Assembly (NCBI GenBank): GCA_001179505.1
Contig: CDMY01000447.1
Coordinates: forward strand, 248,001 to 312,000
Source of the DNA: Vitrella brassicaformis CCMP3155
Lineage: Eukaryota; Protista; Chromerida
DNA length: 64,000 nucleotides
Reading direction: 5' to 3'
Below, piece by piece: positions 61,659 through 64,000 of this stretch; position 1 is the stretch's first letter; every line of letters starts with the position of its first letter. Below the pieces are notes generated by a model. It was not told the DNA's origin and searched no databases. It was given only the letters and a program-made list of their open reading frames with translations. The translations under genes were made by a program, and so were the position numbers.

Positions 61659-62801
61659 ATGACATCTCGGCTGAACGACCCTCCCGAGGTCGCGCGGCAG
61701 GGAGGGAGGGGTGGAGCGTCGAATGCTGGCGCCAGTCGTACCATTGAGAAGAGGAACGCCGCACCACCGATGCGCATGCAGCTCAAGACGGCCGTGGACC
61801 TCATGCCCAAGTCGGAGAACATGGTACAGCACATCCTCCCACACACACATGCACTCTGCCTGCCTGCTCATGCGATTAATGCCCTGTCTGTTTGCCTGCC
61901 TGTGTGTGTGTGTGTGTGTGTGTCATGCTGTCAGTTTGCCGCGTTGGCTAACCCGAACCCCAGCCCGACCAGTAGCAACAGCTCGTCACACGTCCCCCCA
62001 CCCGCAGCCGCCCCCGCACCACCGCCCGCCGTCTCGCCCACCAACAAGCAGACCAAACGGAAAAAGATCAGCAACGCACCCGCAAACTCACCGAGAGCGG
62101 GCAAGTCGCCGCCCCCCGCTCTCCCCGTCACCAAGAGCGCTGTACCGCCAGCACCGCCTCAACCACCACCACCCGCCCTGGCTGCTAGCGGTGGTGCTGC
62201 GTCGTCCCCAGCTACCGACGAGCGAAACGAGCGAAGGAGTCTGCCGGCAGGGATGCTATCTATGGGAGCCATGCAGCAGCAAGCGCTCGGCGAGCTGCAA
62301 GCCGAGGAGGACATGTTGGTGGACCAGTTGACGTCGAACCAAGAGGCTCTTGCTTCACACGCTGTCAGTCTGACGGCAACGGCCGCGGGGCCACCAGGCA
62401 TGACGGCTGCGGGTGCTGGTGCGAGCAGCGGTCCGCCAGGGATGGGCCCGTGGCCCTCGGTGCCACCTGGGATGGGAGGGGGTGGTCTTGTAAATGGTAG
62501 TGTCGATGTGGGCATGAGTGTGCCTCCGGGCATGGTGCCGCATGCAGGTCAGTCAGTCACGTCACGCAAGACAAGGAAGGACAGGGGGGGATGGATCCAA
62601 CAGGATTCTCTGTCTTCTCTCTCATTGTGTGGGGGGGGATGTGTTGTGTTGTGTTGTGTTGTGCAGGTGGCGTGTCTACATCGGAGAGTCAGGGGATGGC
62701 TTACGCCTTCCCGGGAGGGCCGACGCAGCAGGGCCAGGCTCTGCTGCCCACACCAATGCGTAAGCGACAGACAGACACCGATGCACTCGATGGACGACAC
62801 T

Positions 62802-62832
<31 letters not shown>

Positions 62833-64000
62833 GCGCTCAGGCCTGTGCACCCATCTGTATGCATGTCATGTGTCTGATCCAGATGCTCGCGTACCTCAAT
62901 CGCAGTGGTACTCTCCCCCGCCCCCTCCCCCACACCCACCCCCTCTCCGTCCCCACCCGCCCCGCAGTATGGATGAGACNNNNNNNNNNNNNNNNNNNNN
63001 NNNNNNNNNNNNNNNNNNNNNNNNNNNNNNNNNNNNNNNNNNNNNNNNNNNNNNNNNNNNNNNNNNNNNNNNNNNNNNNNNNNNNNNNNNNNNNNNNNNN
63101 NNNNNNNNNNNNNNNNNNNNNNNNNNNNNNNNNNNNNNNNNNNNNNNNNNNNNNNNNNNNNNNNNNNNNNNNNNNNNNNNNNNNNNNNNNNNNNNNNNNN
63201 NNNNNNNNNNNNNNNNNNNNNNNNNNNNNNNNNNNNNNNNNNNNNNNNNNNNNNNNNNNNNNNNNNNNNNNNNNNNNNNCCGTCCCCACCCGCCCCGCAG
63301 TATGGATGAGACGCAGCAAAGCCAACTCCCACACGCGTACCACCACCTGCAGCAGCAGCAGCATCAGCAGCAGAGACCCCCGCCCCCCCAATACAGTCCG
63401 CCTCCCGCACCATCTCGTCTGCCAAAGCCGAAGGCGGTCTTCCCCACCGGGCGACCAGCGGCTGGTCCAAACATCCTGGCGCAGCAACAGATGGATCAGA
63501 TCTACAACCACCGCCAGCAGCACCAGCACCAGTCTGCTATGGCCATGCCGGTCGCGCAGCAGCAGCAGCAGGGTCCTGACAACAGCAGCTATGGCCAGCA
63601 AGGGGGCTTCCCCCCTCTCTCTCCGGCGGCGCCCGTGTCTGAAGACTACCATGGTGCCAACTTCAATCACTGGATGCAGCCGCAGCCGCACTCACCCTCT
63701 TCGCAGCTGTCCGCGGACGCCCCGCCGTCCGTTCCCCAGTCCATGTCACTCGATGACCCCTACCAGCACCCCCAGCCAACAGAGCAACCTGATGCACCTG
63801 ACGGCTCGCCCAACTCAGTCATAGCGCCCCTGCCGGTGCCGGTGGAGAGTGGTGGAGGTGCTTTCGATCCGCTGGTAGAGCCCTCCCCGACGGCTTCTTC
63901 TTCCATGGTGCCGTCTCCCGGCAAGATGTTCAGCGACTCTGAAGACTCGCCGATGAAGCGAGAGCCCGACGATGACGATTGGTTGTCGGCAGAGGGAGAG
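61659..64000 (+). CDS. Pro/Gln/Gly-rich low-complexity hypothetical protein, truncated by the window end
   Basis: In-phase exons: MTSRLNDPP...ENM|FAALANPNP...PHAG|GMAYAFPGG...|HARVPQSH|MDETQQSQ. The last exon is open to position 64000 with polyQ tracts. Confidence 0.6.
62980..63279. other. Assembly gap (300 N), probably spurious
   Basis: The identical 33-mer ccgtccccacccgccccgcagtatggatgagac lies at 62947-62979 and 63280-63312. Confidence 0.9.

Noticed and set aside
1-64000. Transposons, tRNA, rRNA or other structured RNA genes
   Set aside because: I recognised no transposase/RT/integrase motifs, terminal repeats or tRNA/rRNA signatures by eye. A tRNAscan/Rfam/RepeatMasker run would be needed to exclude them.

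Overview
Eukaryotic, intron-rich, GC-rich genomic DNA. By inference it is a chromerid alveolate, Vitrella brassicaformis-like: short GT-AG introns are filled with (CA)n/(TG)n/(GACA)n/(GGAT)n microsatellites, one protein has a bipartite plastid-targeting sequence with LHC motifs, and the PTPS is apicomplexan-type. I reconstructed about 21 spliced genes by hand, so exon boundaries and some start codons are approximate. In order: a truncated membrane protein, sulfite oxidase, SpoU methyltransferase, an RRM protein, a CBM20-kinase fusion, lipase maturation factor, an ERD2-like protein, a hypothetical protein with duplicated exons, a divergent LHC-like protein, U2AF65, an LSD1-type zinc finger protein, a secreted Kelch/EGF protein, a large IQCE-like coiled-coil/C2-like protein, a type II membrane protein, an SNase-like membrane protein, PTPS-III, an F-box-like family protein, a CEP104-like protein, a hypothetical protein, RGP1, and a Pro/Gln-rich protein running off the right end. 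There are two 300-N gaps. I recognised no rRNA, tRNA, CRISPR array or transposon. The most interesting signals are: (1) a recurrent (T)GCGAGCT element about 30-170 bp upstream of many start codons, often in head-to-head gene pairs; (2) introns with complementary AC-rich 5' and GT-rich 3' arms that could bridge splice sites, including an intron of U2AF65 itself; (3) a starch-binding CBM20 domain fused to an atypical non-RD kinase; (4) an IQCE-like coiled coil fused to C2-like domains. No database searches or computations were run. All homology calls come from motif recognition.
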